This document shows positions 37,752 through 48,185 of a stretch of 64,000 nucleotides of DNA, piece after piece. The first letter of the stretch is position 1. Every line of letters begins with the position of its first letter. Position numbers and translations under genes: made by a program. The notes under the pieces are model-generated. The model worked only from the letters and a program-made list of their open reading frames with translations. It ran no database searches and was not told the origin of the DNA. The stretch covers positions 46,151 through 110,150 of the forward strand of contig MHLM01000003.1 of NCBI GenBank assembly GCA_001821395.1, given 5' to 3'. The DNA is from Candidatus Lloydbacteria bacterium RIFCSPHIGHO2_02_FULL_50_18. Its GTDB lineage: Bacteria; Patescibacteriota; Minisyncoccia; Phycocordibacterales; UBA6899.

Positions 37752-37782
37752 TAACCGCGAGCATTGCTCGCGGTTTTTTGTT
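37752..37782. terminator. Rho-independent terminator
   Basis: aaccgcgagc-att-gctcgcggtt plus TTTTTT. Confidence 0.85.
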
Positions 37783-37794
37783 TGCCGATTTCAT

Positions 37795-38805
37795 TCAGTA
37801 GAACGTCGTACGCACTATCGGTTGAAACAGCTGCGTGTTTTGTGCGCAGACTTTTTTCATAGGGCATGCGTTGCAATTTGGTACCATCATTTCAGGGCAG
37901 AAGATCCGCGCAGACCACTTGAGCGTATCTATCTCATCTCTTGTCCGACCGGACTGCTTAACGAGGAGTGTATCTGCACGGTACGTGGCTTTACGGATGG
38001 AATCCTCCCTTTCCCGTGAGGTAAAGCGGCGTTCCCTATTTTCCTCACGCCATGCCTTTGGCAGTGTTACGTGCCCCATGCGAAGCGTGAGCCTCATATC
38101 GTGGTAATCCACGATCGGGCGGGATACCGTCTCCGCATTTTTGCGGAGAAGCTTATCAGGGCGATTCACAAGCGCCATGAGCAAGAGCTCGGCTTTTTTT
38201 CCTAGCGGATCTTCGTGATATCCCGGGATACCATTCTCCGGATGTGTCAGGACCTCCTGAAGCGCACCGACGGGGTCCGAATATTCACTCGCATATTGGA
38301 CAAGCTCATCGGGGGATTGTCCCGCCATGCGACGCGTACGAAACCATTTCCCGTAGTCGCGCGTCTGCGCGATACGATGCTCCGTGTTGAAAAGAGAGAC
38401 CGGCCCGTCGTCATCGGAAAATATCGTTGCGAATTCCGCATCGGAGATCCGAGCAAGTCTTGGTGGGGAAAAGCATTCCGAGTCCTTCCGCCATGCGGCA
38501 TGGAGCATCTTCCACAGAAGGTCAGAACCCTTCACTCCACTGTTCCCGTTCCATTTTCCATACAGCGGGGAAGTATACCTCGTTCTATCATCGAGCCAAA
38601 AGCCGTAATTGTGAACCATGGCAAAGAAAAAGAAATCAATCGTTCCAGGTGCTTTAAGCGGAGGGTACATATCCTCAAAAATGTATTCCGCTCCTGCTCG
38701 GATAGTGCTGCTGTAGAAATTTATCGGAGGCGCAATGGTCGCAGTTTTTGCAAGCGCGGCAAATGCATTGATCCGTTTTCTATTGAGAGCGGGTGACTTC
38801 TCCAT
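37795..38805 (-). CDS. hypothetical protein with C-terminal C-x7-C-x2-C-x5-C cluster (HhH-glycosylase-like / DUF2419 queuosine-salvage-like?)
   Basis: AAGGAG SD 7 nt upstream of the ATG at 38805. C-terminal CPEMMVPNCNACPMKKVC resembles the Nth/MutY FeS loop. Family is uncertain. Confidence 0.45.
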   Translation of the reverse strand: MEKSPALNRKRINAFAALAKTATIAPPINFYSSTIRAGAEYIFEDMYPPLKAPGTIDFFFFAMVHNYGFWLDDRTRYTSPLYGKWNGNSGVKGSDLLWKMLHAAWRKDSECFSPPRLARISDAEFATIFSDDDGPVSLFNTEHRIAQTRDYGKWFRTRRMAGQSPDELVQYASEYSDPVGALQEVLTHPENGIPGYHEDPLGKKAELLLMALVNRPDKLLRKNAETVSRPIVDYHDMRLTLRMGHVTLPKAWREENRERRFTSREREDSIRKATYRADTLLVKQSGRTRDEIDTLKWSARIFCPEMMVPNCNACPMKKVCAQNTQLFQPIVRTTFY

Positions 38806-38918
38806 GAAGATCTCCTTTTTGTTGGTACGTCTGTGCCAATGTAAACACATTATGATGATAGTGCAAGTAGCCATCGGTGAGTGTTGCGTCCCTCTATATC
38901 GAACGTTATGATAGGTGG

Positions 38919-39380
38919 ATGGACCCAAAGAAAAAAAAAGTTCTTGTACTCAAACTCCTCCTCCCTGTCTTCATTATTGGTATATTTTTTGTGAGCGGAC
39001 GAATGAAGTCGAATAATGATGTCCGGGAAAGTGCGATCATTTCAAATGACGGGCTGTCATCAGGTGTCGCGGCCATAGATCCGGAGTCGGTAGAAAAGAT
39101 GATCACGGACGGAACAACGGGTCGTGAATATTTGTCGAATCAGATCATCGTCGAATTTTTGCCCGGTGTCTCGGAGCAAGAATCGTTGGATAGCATTAGC
39201 GCTGTTGGGGGAAAAATGCTCCAACGCTTCACGATCGCACCGCTTTTTCTCATTCGGGTCAAGGATACCGGTGACGGTAGGGGGTCGGCAGTTGCGATCG
39301 CCGCACTCAACGCAGATACGAAAGTAAAGAAGGCCGACCGGAATTATCTGACGACACTCGATGCTGCTGTTGCGCAATAG
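38919..39380 (+). CDS. secreted/membrane-anchored protein with subtilisin-propeptide (inhibitor I9)-like domain
   Basis: Signal/TM then QIIVEFLPGVSEQESLDSISAVGGKMLQRFTIAPLFLIRV. Confidence 0.35.
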   Translation: MDPKKKKVLVLKLLLPVFIIGIFFVSGRMKSNNDVRESAIISNDGLSSGVAAIDPESVEKMITDGTTGREYLSNQIIVEFLPGVSEQESLDSISAVGGKMLQRFTIAPLFLIRVKDTGDGRGSAVAIAALNADTKVKKADRNYLTTLDAAVAQ

Positions 39381-39455
39381 TTTCCGTCGTTCTCATGGTC
39401 AATGGCTCAACGATGTTTTTGGCCGTTTTGTGTTGGTGGAGTATACTACTCAAAT

Positions 39456-40880
39456 ATGACCATCCGTGAGGGACTGACCTTTGACGACGTGCTTCTTATG
39501 CCGCGACGCTCCGCGGTTTTTTCACGTAAGGATACGTCGACCAAAGCACCGCTTTCAAGGAACATCTCACTCAACATCCCGCTCGTTTCTGCGAATATGG
39601 ATACAGTCACCGAGTCGGGAATGGCGCGCGCGATGGCGCGCATGGGTGGCATCGGTATCATCCACCGCTTCCTTTCTATCGAGCGTCAGGTTGAGGAAGT
39701 GAAAAAAGTGAAACGTGCGGAAAATGTCATCATCGAAGATCCGTTTACCGTGCATCCCGACATCACCCTCGGCGAGGCAAAAAGTTACATGCGTCGGGAA
39801 GGCGTATCGGGCGTGTTGGTAGTGAAAGAAAAAGCGGGCAAGAGACTGCTTGTCGGTATTCTCACGCGTCGGGATCTGCTCTTTGAGACGGATGACCGCA
39901 AGAAGGTGTCATCTCTCATGAGTACGGACCTGATCACCGCTCGCCCCAATGTGTCGCTTGAGCGGGCGAGGGATATTTTGCATGACTACCGCATTGAAAA
40001 ACTCCCGCTGACGACAAAAGAAGGATATCTTGTCGGGCTCATCACGCTGTGTGACATCATCGAGCGCATGCAGAACCCGCTGTCTTCTAAGGACAAGAAG
40101 GGGAGGCTCATGGTGGGAGCCGCGGTCGGAGTGAAAGAAGATACTATCGCCCGCACGGACGCACTCCTCTCTGCCGGAGCGGATGTTATTGTTATCGATA
40201 TTGCGCATGGGCACAATGAACGCGCGATAGAGACAACGAAACTCTTGCGAAAAACATTTGGGAAAAATATCGAGATCATCGCGGGGAATATCGCGACCCC
40301 GGAGGCTGCCCGTGATCTTGCAAAAGCCGGTGCGGACGGATTAAAGGTAGGTATCGGTCCGGGTGCAGCATGCACGACGCGTATCGTAACAGGTGTCGGG
40401 GTACCGCAGTTGACCGCGATCATGGATGTTGCGAAAGAGGCGGCAAAGATTGGTATCCCGTTCATTGCAGATGGAGGTATAAAGAACTCCGGAGATTTTT
40501 CAAAAGCAATGGCTGCGGGTGCAGACACGGTCATGATTGGTAATCTGCTTGCGGGTTGCAAGGAATCGCCCGGAGAATACATCCTCGATCGCGGCGTTGC
40601 GTATAAATATTATCGCGGAATGGCATCTTATGATGCGACACGTGAAAAGATCGATGTTGATGGCGGTACTGATGGTGTTTTTCGTTCGCCTGAAGGCGCA
40701 TCGGGTCGCGTTGCCTATCGCGGAGAGGCAAGCATGGTCGTGATGGACCTGATCGGAGGATTGCGTTCTTCGATGAGCTACCTGGGGGCGAAAACGCTTG
40801 CACAATTTGAAAAGAATGCGGAGTTCATCAAGATGAGTAATGCTGGCCTCACCGAGTCCGGACCCCACGGCGTGAAATAA
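39456..40880 (+). CDS. guaB: inosine-5'-monophosphate dehydrogenase
   Basis: N-terminal [13 protein letters not shown] pair. Catalytic loop [11 protein letters not shown]. Confidence 0.9.
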   Translation: MTIREGLTFDDVLLMPRRSAVFSRKDTSTKAPLSRNISLNIPLVSANMDTVTESGMARAMARMGGIGIIHRFLSIERQVEEVKKVKRAENVIIEDPFTVHPDITLGEAKSYMRREGVSGVLVVKEKAGKRLLVGILTRRDLLFETDDRKKVSSLMSTDLITARPNVSLERARDILHDYRIEKLPLTTKEGYLVGLITLCDIIERMQNPLSSKDKKGRLMVGAAVGVKEDTIARTDALLSAGADVIVIDIAHGHNERAIETTKLLRKTFGKNIEIIAGNIATPEAARDLAKAGADGLKVGIGPGAACTTRIVTGVGVPQLTAIMDVAKEAAKIGIPFIADGGIKNSGDFSKAMAAGADTVMIGNLLAGCKESPGEYILDRGVAYKYYRGMASYDATREKIDVDGGTDGVFRSPEGASGRVAYRGEASMVVMDLIGGLRSSMSYLGAKTLAQFEKNAEFIKMSNAGLTESGPHGVK

Positions 40881-40921
40881 TTCCAGTTTGAGCATATTGC
40901 GTCGTTGACTGCACGAAAAAC

Positions 40922-40962
40922 CTTCAAGCAGTACTCACATGTACAGCTTGAAAGTTTTTTGT
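40922..40962 (+). terminator. terminator after guaB
   Basis: cttcaagc...gcttgaag stem then TTTTTT. Confidence 0.55.
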
Positions 40963-41060
40963 TTGCCGCCTCGCACTATATCTCAAACTTGAATTATTTC
41001 CACATTCTTTCATTGAGGGAAAACATTCGCTTTAAAGGAGAGGCGTTAGTGTTTGTCGAG

Positions 41061-41093
41061 AAAAATAAAAAACGCCGATTATTGATCGGCGTT
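41061..41093 (-). terminator. terminator after ftsH
   Basis: aacgccgat-tattg-atcggcgtt with a T-run on the minus strand. Confidence 0.8.
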
Positions 41094-41098
41094 GCTGT

Positions 41099-43078
41099 TT
41101 AGTCTTTTTTTTCTTTGTCTATTTCTTCTTGCGAGAGTGGCGTCATTCCCAGTTGTGCGGCAAGTTTTGCCGCATCGGGATCGATTCCCGCGACATGCTC
41201 GAGTGGAGGAACCCACGTTGTCACCGGATCATCAACTGGAATTGCTGGAGCCGGTTTCCGTGGCGGGCGATCATTCATAATGTCATCGATCTGGTCAGCA
41301 TCAAGTGTTTCCCATTCGAGGAGCGCCTTTGCCATGACGTGCATCTTGTCCTGATTGGACACAATGAGCGCACGGGCCACTGCATACTGCTCGTCAATGA
41401 TTCTTTTGACCTCAGCTTCGATTATCCGTAGCGTCTCTTCGCTCACGTTCTTGGTTTGGGTCACCGAACGACCGAGGAATACTTCCCCCTCGTTTTCCGC
41501 GTAGACCATGACACCGATCTTTTCACTCATGCCGTATCGCGTCACCATTTCACGGGCAATCTGTGTTGCGCGCTCGAAATCGTTCGAGGCACCGGTGGTC
41601 ATTTCGTCCATGAAGACTTCTTCGGCGATGCGGCCACCAAAGAGCATTGCGAGCATCGAAAGCATGCGCACCTTGTCCGAACTATAACGGTCGGCTTCAG
41701 GAAGTTGCATGGTGACGCCAAGTGCGCGTCCGCGAGGAATGATCGTGACTTTGTGTACCGGGTCGGTCTTTGGCATGAGTCGTGCAACGAGGACATGTCC
41801 TGATTCGTGGTATGCAGTGTTCCTGCGCTCACTTTCGGGCATGATCATTGATTTCCGCTCCGGACCCATCATGATCTTCTCTTTGGCTTTTTCGAAGTCG
41901 ATCATTCCGACATGGTTCGCTTTACGTCTGGCGGCGAAGAGTGCCGCTTCATTCACGAGGTTGGCGAGGTCCGCACCGGAGAATCCGGGGGTGCCACGCG
42001 CTAAAATATCGGCACGAATATCCTTACCGATCGGTACCTTGCGCATGTGCACATGGAGGATCTGTTCGCGTCCTCGTACGTCGGGCAACGTCACAAAGAC
42101 TTGCCGATCGAAGCGTCCGGGGCGCAAAAGTGCCGGATCAAGAATATCGGGTCGGTTTGTGGCGGCGACAACGATGACACCGATGTTCGTATCAAAGCCA
42201 TCCATCTCCACGAGCATTTGATTCAGTGTTTGCTCGCGCTCATCGTTGCCTCCACCAAGACCTGCGCCGCGTTGGCGACCAACTGCATCGATCTCGTCGA
42301 TGAAGAGGATACAGGGCGCACGTTTCTTTGCCTCACTAAACATGTCGCGCACGCGGGCGGCGCCGACACCGACGTACATCTCGACGAAGTCGGAACCCGA
42401 GATCGTAAAGAAAGGAACCTTTGCTTCACCCGCGATCGCTTTTGCGATCAAGGTCTTACCAGTTCCCGGTGGACCAACGAGCAAGCAGCCACGGGGGATG
42501 CGCCCGCCCAATTTTTGGAATTGAGCTGGGTTGCGCAGGAATTCCACAAGTTCCGCCACTTCTTCTTTAGCCTCATCGCACCCTGCGACATCGGCAAAGG
42601 TGATGGCATTCATTGATTTGTCGAGCATTCGCGCTTTTGATTTGCCAAAGCCGCCGAGACCTCCTGCTCCGCCTCCCGCACCCATCTGTTTGCGCATGAA
42701 GAATATCCAGACACCAACCAAGAGCAGTATCGGTCCAAAGGTGACAAAAATAGTCATGAGCATTGACGGCTCCTCCGGCACTTTGACGTCAAACTTGACG
42801 TCATTGTTCCTCAGGTCACCGATCAGACCGCGATCGAGGTGGGTGGCCATCGTAACAATGCTTTTGTCATCGATGGTCAATGCTTTGATCTCGGTCCCGC
42901 CTTGGACTTCTCTCATCTCCACACTCTTGATGTTCTTGCTCTGCACCTCATTGAGGAAGTCGGAATAGGCGATCTCATTGCTTGGTGTCACGCTCTGGTT
43001 GATCTGCTTGAGCAGGGAAAATATCATGAATACGATGAGCGTCCATATTGCGAGCCTCATAAACCCTTTATTGTTCAT
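41099..43078 (-). CDS. ftsH: ATP-dependent zinc metalloprotease FtsH
   Basis: Walker [12 protein letters not shown] region, HESGH zinc motif. GAGGAGG SD before MNNKGF. Confidence 0.9.
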   Translation of the reverse strand: MNNKGFMRLAIWTLIVFMIFSLLKQINQSVTPSNEIAYSDFLNEVQSKNIKSVEMREVQGGTEIKALTIDDKSIVTMATHLDRGLIGDLRNNDVKFDVKVPEEPSMLMTIFVTFGPILLLVGVWIFFMRKQMGAGGGAGGLGGFGKSKARMLDKSMNAITFADVAGCDEAKEEVAELVEFLRNPAQFQKLGGRIPRGCLLVGPPGTGKTLIAKAIAGEAKVPFFTISGSDFVEMYVGVGAARVRDMFSEAKKRAPCILFIDEIDAVGRQRGAGLGGGNDEREQTLNQMLVEMDGFDTNIGVIVVAATNRPDILDPALLRPGRFDRQVFVTLPDVRGREQILHVHMRKVPIGKDIRADILARGTPGFSGADLANLVNEAALFAARRKANHVGMIDFEKAKEKIMMGPERKSMIMPESERRNTAYHESGHVLVARLMPKTDPVHKVTIIPRGRALGVTMQLPEADRYSSDKVRMLSMLAMLFGGRIAEEVFMDEMTTGASNDFERATQIAREMVTRYGMSEKIGVMVYAENEGEVFLGRSVTQTKNVSEETLRIIEAEVKRIIDEQYAVARALIVSNQDKMHVMAKALLEWETLDADQIDDIMNDRPPRKPAPAIPVDDPVTTWVPPLEHVAGIDPDAAKLAAQLGMTPLSQEEIDKEKKD

Positions 43079-43195
43079 GTTGTTCCTCCTCGGAACGAAT
43101 AATAACAAGGAACACTTGTATCGCTACCGCTCACTCAATCACATTAGCGGATAGTGTCAATCGGTAGGCGACATTGGTCGTGTTAGAATACAAAA

Positions 43196-44680
43196 ATGTC
43201 GAAAACAGTAAGACGGAAAATTGGCAAGGAACACATATTTACGGGGATCCGTGCGCTTGTCATGGGGCTTGGTCTTCATGGTGGAGGAGTAGCTACTGCA
43301 AAGTGGCTTGCGCGCCATGGTGCAAAGGTCACCGCAACCGATAAGCGCACAAAAGAGATCTTGGTTGACTCCATAAGGGCGCTCCAGGGTGTCCCCGTGA
43401 AGTACGTACTAGGGGGGCATCGTCATCAGGACTTTCGCACGAACGATCTCATTGTGGTCAATCCCGGAGTGCCGCGTGAAAGTGAGTATTTGGAGACCGC
43501 GATACGAGCGGGAAAGCGTATCGAAAATGACGCAAGTTTGTTCTTTCGTTACTCCACGAATCCGGTGATCGCGATAACGGGGACGAGGGGAAAGACAACC
43601 GTTACGCTTTGGGTCGCAACATTGCTCCAAAAAAAGTATCACGACGTCCTCCCGTCGGGTAATACTCCCGACAATGCCTTTCTGAAGGAGTTTGAGCGCC
43701 TGTCTGCGTGCGACGCACGGGCGGAGGTGCACGGAGACATCCCCGTTGTCGCGGAGATGTCCTCCTGGCAACTTGAACGTCTCTCGTCGGGGGGGCGCGC
43801 ACCTCATGTGGCAGTCGTTACCAATCTGTATCCCGATCATCTTAATCGCTATAACGGCATACGTGATTACGCGAACGCGAAAGTAAACATTTTTTTATTT
43901 CAACAGTCCGATGATTTTCTGATCTTGAACCACGAGAACGCGTGGACGCCCTATTTTTTGAAAAAGAAACCCAAAGCGCTTCTTTTTTTCATTAGTAAAA
44001 AGGCGCTTCCCAAAAACGCGCATGGCCTGTTCGTGCGGAGCGGGATGCTGATCTTTCGTTTCGACGGGATGGAGCAGAAACTATTTTCGATCAAAAGATT
44101 CACCGAGCTGTATGGAGTACACAACCTCGAGAATCTGATGAACGCAGTGCTTGCGGTGAAACTTTTTGATCCGACGATAGCCGTCAGCCTGCGTGACGTG
44201 CTCCATCTTCCTACGCCGAAAATGCGGCAAGAGATTGTAGCCAAGAAGGGGAGACTCACGATTGTGAACGACAGTTGTGCGACATCGCCTGACGGTACGA
44301 TCGCGGCAATTGAGCGTTTTAGGAAAATGGGCAACATCGTGCTCGTCACTGGTGGAACCGACAAGAACCTCGAGTTCGGAGCATTGGCGATGATGATCAA
44401 AAAGTTTATACTCGCGCAGAACCTTATTCTTCTTGAAGGTTCTGCCACTAAAAAACTCATCGCCGCATTCCCCGGTTCAGAATTGTCAAGGTTAAACCTT
44501 GACAAAAAAGTGCTAAAAAACCTTGATTCCTGCGTCGCAGAGGCATTTCGTGCGGCGAAAAAATTAACAGGAAAGACGACCATCCTCTTCTCTCCGGGTG
44601 CCGCAAGTTTTGAGAAGTTTCTTCATGAATTTGATCGGGGGGAGCAATTCAATATATTAGTGAAAAAATATAAGAAATAA
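43196..44680 (+). CDS. murD: UDP-N-acetylmuramoylalanine--D-glutamate ligase
   Basis: N-terminal Rossmann region. Mur ligase ATP motif ITGTRGKTT. Confidence 0.85.
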   Translation: MSKTVRRKIGKEHIFTGIRALVMGLGLHGGGVATAKWLARHGAKVTATDKRTKEILVDSIRALQGVPVKYVLGGHRHQDFRTNDLIVVNPGVPRESEYLETAIRAGKRIENDASLFFRYSTNPVIAITGTRGKTTVTLWVATLLQKKYHDVLPSGNTPDNAFLKEFERLSACDARAEVHGDIPVVAEMSSWQLERLSSGGRAPHVAVVTNLYPDHLNRYNGIRDYANAKVNIFLFQQSDDFLILNHENAWTPYFLKKKPKALLFFISKKALPKNAHGLFVRSGMLIFRFDGMEQKLFSIKRFTELYGVHNLENLMNAVLAVKLFDPTIAVSLRDVLHLPTPKMRQEIVAKKGRLTIVNDSCATSPDGTIAAIERFRKMGNIVLVTGGTDKNLEFGALAMMIKKFILAQNLILLEGSATKKLIAAFPGSELSRLNLDKKVLKNLDSCVAEAFRAAKKLTGKTTILFSPGAASFEKFLHEFDRGEQFNILVKKYKK

Positions 44681-44712
44681 AAAGACCTCGACTTGCGCCG
44701 AGATCATTCCCT

Positions 44713-44949
44713 CTATCGTATCGCGGTACCGTCGCCGCCCGCCACTACCTTATCGAGGCGTTGCCGCATCTTGTTGGCAAGTTCATTTACTTGCCTCTTT
44801 CCCTCCGCAGACAGTGCTGGGTGGCGACACCTCCTCCTACAGGACGAACATATCTGAATGGGCGATCGGACTGCTCCGTGGGGAGGGTCCATGGAGCCAA
44901 CGACCTCCGCTCCACAGCACTTGCTTGGTTCATAGAACGAATCTGTCAC
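44713..44949 (-). CDS. small Cys-containing protein (possible zinc-ribbon), GTG start with strong SD
   Basis: GGAGG 6 nt upstream of the GTG. Peptide has KCCGAE...CSSCRRRC. Confidence 0.45.
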   Translation of the reverse strand: MTDSFYEPSKCCGAEVVGSMDPPHGAVRSPIQICSSCRRRCRHPALSAEGKRQVNELANKMRQRLDKVVAGGDGTAIR

Positions 44950-45030
44950 AGTAAACCTCCCTACTTGTGTTAAGCCGATGAAATCATAATATAATCTTTG
45001 TGGTATATCAAATTCTGCATAAAAAACCTC

Positions 45031-45711
45031 TCACGGATGGAGAGGGTAGACATGATAGCCGAACAGAGACTTTGTGAATCCGAGCGCACGAGGGGTTGCC
45101 TCATAGCGTCGTATGAACGTCTCTTTTTTTGGAGCCCGTTCACGACCGTAATACGCTTGTTTTCGCGCGGGAATGACTCGAATGAGGCGGAATCCTTCTT
45201 CATGAGCGTAATCACGAACGAGTGTGAGGAGCATCTGTTCCCACTGTAGTGGTAGGAGGTAGCGCGTAATGTGCTTGTTGCGCTTTTCGCCCCAATGCTC
45301 CATTGATACTCCCTGAATTTGCCCGACAGTGAGCATGTTCCGTAGGCGAGAGACATTGAAGCCGATACACGCAAGGGGATATTGTCCTTCCTTCCGCGCA
45401 AGAACGATGGTAAATGAGCAATCCCTAAAAATGCGATGCCCGTGGACATATCCGTTCCCCGACGAAACAAAGAGCACATAGGCATCTTGTAGTTCATTCA
45501 CACGATGCCGGTGCGGCTCACCGATGAAACGCTCGATATACGGAGCGAGCGGGATCTTGATCAGGTCAGCCTCCCCCCATCTATCTCGCGGTGGGAAGCA
45601 AAGCACTTTTTGTGGCGGTATCTTGTGGCCAAAGGCTCCGAAGGTGGGGAGATGAAGACCATGCATGGGATTCCTCTGTGGCGAAAATATTTCTCTTTGC
45701 ATAATGAGCAT
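45031..45711 (-). CDS. hypothetical protein (only the 3' approximately 680 nt of the longer tracked ORF is credible; the rest overlaps glmS)
   Basis: Tracked ORF 45031-46086 overlaps glmS. Internal Met candidates at 45711, 45702 and 45666 avoid the overlap. Confidence 0.35.
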   Translation of the reverse strand: MLIMQREIFSPQRNPMHGLHLPTFGAFGHKIPPQKVLCFPPRDRWGEADLIKIPLAPYIERFIGEPHRHRVNELQDAYVLFVSSGNGYVHGHRIFRDCSFTIVLARKEGQYPLACIGFNVSRLRNMLTVGQIQGVSMEHWGEKRNKHITRYLLPLQWEQMLLTLVRDYAHEEGFRLIRVIPARKQAYYGRERAPKKETFIRRYEATPRALGFTKSLFGYHVYPLHP

Positions 45712-45778
45712 GAAGCACTGTTTTGTCAACGCGGAACAAAGAAACGTTTTCCCATAAAGACCGTTATAATAAACAAAT

Positions 45779-47701
45779 ATGTGTGGAATATTTGGATATA
45801 TCGGCGATAAAGAAAAAGAGGTGGCACTTATGGCGAACAGGGCGCTTTGTGAACTTGAGTACCGCGGATACGACTCATGGGGAATCGCCGCCGAGGTCTC
45901 GGGTAAGATGTTCGCAATAAAGGCGATTGGGAAGATCTCTCTCGCGTCCGATAAAGAACTCAAGGGGGTCATGGGAAAGATGTCCATCGGCCATTCGCGC
46001 TGGGCGACACATGGCGGTGTCACCGAGGCGAATGCGCACCCGCATTTCAATACCTCGCGCACCATCGCGGTTATCCATAACGGCATCGTGGAGAATCATG
46101 AAGAGATCAGGAGTTTTTTGCGCGGGAAGCTCGGGAATTCCGTTGATAAGCTTTTTCTCTCCGAGACCGATACCGAGGTCATTCCGCATCTCATTGATTA
46201 CTACATTACCCATGAAGGGAAAACATTCGAAGCGGCTTTCGTTGAAGCGGGGAGAATGCTCGAAGGACGCTACGCGGTCGTTGTGATGAAGCTGGGTGAA
46301 CCTTACCTCCTCGCTATGCGCGACGGATCACCGCTCGTCGTCGGGAAGGGGGAACACGAATATTTTCTCGCGTCTGACGTGCCGGCATTCATTGACCACA
46401 CACGTCAGGTGCTTTATCCTGGCGATCGCGAATACATGAAAGTGAGTGCCGACGCGATCATGTTGCGTAATCTTGATACCGGTAAAAAAGTAGACCGTGA
46501 ATGGATCACGGTGACCTGGGATAAGGGGAGTGCGACGAAAGAGGGTTACCCGCATTTCATGTTGAAAGAGATCATGGAGCAACCGCTCTCTCTTGATAAG
46601 GCGATCCATCAGGAGGATGCGAAGCTGGAAGAATTTGCACGGCTCATGAAAGAGTCCGAGCATCTCTTTTTCATCGGCTGTGGCACTGCCGCCAAGATGG
46701 CAAAACTCGGCGAGCTCTATGCCGCGCGCGTTGCCGGGAAACTCACGAATGCATATGTCGGCTCGGAGTTCGCCGCTTACGGTCAGTTCCTGAACAAAAG
46801 AAGCACTATCGTCGCCGTGTCCCAAAGCGGGGAGACCGCCGATGTGCTCGAAGGGCTCCGCGTCGCGGAGAAGGAAGGTGCGCGCATTCTCGCACTCTTG
46901 AATGTGGTCGGCTCATCTATCGACCGCATGTCGAAGAAGTCGCTGTTCTTGAACGCAGGACCGGAGATTGCCGTGGCCTCAACAAAGGCGGCAACCGCAC
47001 AGATCGCCGTCCTTATCCTTATCGCGCACGCGCTCGCAAAAAAACTCCCCGAGGGTAAACACCTCATGCGCAGTGCGGTAAAAGACATCAAGGCATGGCT
47101 CATACCCGATCTGTCGCGCGATATCAAAAAGATCGCGGAGAAATTGCTGAATAATCCCTCATCTGCTTTGTTGCGGGGCCCCACTAACTCGTCACCGTAT
47201 CAGAATACGCCTCCATCGTTGGTCTTCCCGCGCCGCGCACCTGAGACTTCTTCAGCAATTTCTCTACAGCAGTACCCATTGAGAGATATTTATATTATCG
47301 GCCGAGGATTGAATGCACCTGTCGCACAGGAGGCGGCGATCAAGATCCAGGAAGTATCGTATATTCACGCGGAAGGTTTTCCCGGCGGAGAATTGAAGCA
47401 CGGCCCGATTGCGTTGATCGAGAAGGGGACGCCGGTCATCGCGCTTATTCCGAATGATGAAACGAAGCGGGATATGGAATCGAATACCATGGAGCTGCGT
47501 TCGCGCGGCGCGTACGTCATCGGTATCGCACCCGACAACAGCAAGCTGTTTGATGAGTGGATCCAAGTACCCAACCTCGGACTCGCCTCTCCGATCGCAA
47601 GCATCATCCCCATTCAGCTTCTTGCGTACCATCTCGCGGTCCTGCGCGGAAATGATCCCGACAAACCAAGGAATCTCGCCAAGTCTGTGACGGTAAAATA
47701 A
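45779..47701 (+). CDS. glmS: glutamine--fructose-6-phosphate aminotransferase (isomerising)
   Basis: N-terminal MCGIFGY. Two SIS domains. Carries an extra Pro/Ser-rich segment of about 30 aa before the second SIS domain. Confidence 0.9.
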   Translation: MCGIFGYIGDKEKEVALMANRALCELEYRGYDSWGIAAEVSGKMFAIKAIGKISLASDKELKGVMGKMSIGHSRWATHGGVTEANAHPHFNTSRTIAVIHNGIVENHEEIRSFLRGKLGNSVDKLFLSETDTEVIPHLIDYYITHEGKTFEAAFVEAGRMLEGRYAVVVMKLGEPYLLAMRDGSPLVVGKGEHEYFLASDVPAFIDHTRQVLYPGDREYMKVSADAIMLRNLDTGKKVDREWITVTWDKGSATKEGYPHFMLKEIMEQPLSLDKAIHQEDAKLEEFARLMKESEHLFFIGCGTAAKMAKLGELYAARVAGKLTNAYVGSEFAAYGQFLNKRSTIVAVSQSGETADVLEGLRVAEKEGARILALLNVVGSSIDRMSKKSLFLNAGPEIAVASTKAATAQIAVLILIAHALAKKLPEGKHLMRSAVKDIKAWLIPDLSRDIKKIAEKLLNNPSSALLRGPTNSSPYQNTPPSLVFPRRAPETSSAISLQQYPLRDIYIIGRGLNAPVAQEAAIKIQEVSYIHAEGFPGGELKHGPIALIEKGTPVIALIPNDETKRDMESNTMELRSRGAYVIGIAPDNSKLFDEWIQVPNLGLASPIASIIPIQLLAYHLAVLRGNDPDKPRNLAKSVTVK

Positions 47702-47741
47702 AAACTCGCCACATATGTGGCGAGTAGCGCGATACGCTTGT

Positions 47742-48059
47742 TCACTGAAACAAAAAATGCGTACCCCAAAGTGTGATCTCAAACAGCACACCCCCGACAA
47801 TGAACCAAAGCCAGATTATTACGAGTCCACCATCTTCGTCTTTTAAATAATATTTGTCCACGAGGAATATGATGAACCAGACTCCGATAGTTGATCCAAA
47901 AAAGACATAGAGAGAAACACTCATAAGGTCTTCCGGCGCCATGAGGTTGGCGCAGATCGGTCCAGCGATGATTCCAAGAATAAGCGGACCAAGAAAGATT
48001 ATCCACTGGAACAACTTGAACACCATCTGGAAGAAATTAGCCCAAAACAATTTAGACAT
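47742..48059 (-). CDS. small membrane protein, unknown function
   Basis: 105 aa, three hydrophobic segments. Confidence 0.45.
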   Translation of the reverse strand: MSKLFWANFFQMVFKLFQWIIFLGPLILGIIAGPICANLMAPEDLMSVSLYVFFGSTIGVWFIIFLVDKYYLKDEDGGLVIIWLWFIVGGVLFEITLWGTHFLFQ

Positions 48060-48185
48060 TTGTCACTTTCAAAAATATCTTTTCCAACCCTATCAAAAAA
48101 AGTAATTTGCACAAGCATGATGCTTCAAATGACGCCTTGCGGCTCTTTTGCACAGTCTGCCGCTGCACGTGTTATAATTGGTGTA

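Noticed and set aside
40922-40962. Large-loop hairpin after guaB as a possible regulatory element
   Set aside because: The 8-bp stem plus T6 is adequately explained as a terminator; the palindromic loop (tgtaca) is too short to interpret.
45712-46086. N-terminal 125 codons of tracked ORF 45031-46086 (minus)
   Set aside because: Overlaps the start of glmS on the other strand; only the portion downstream of an internal Met (at or before 45711) is plausible.
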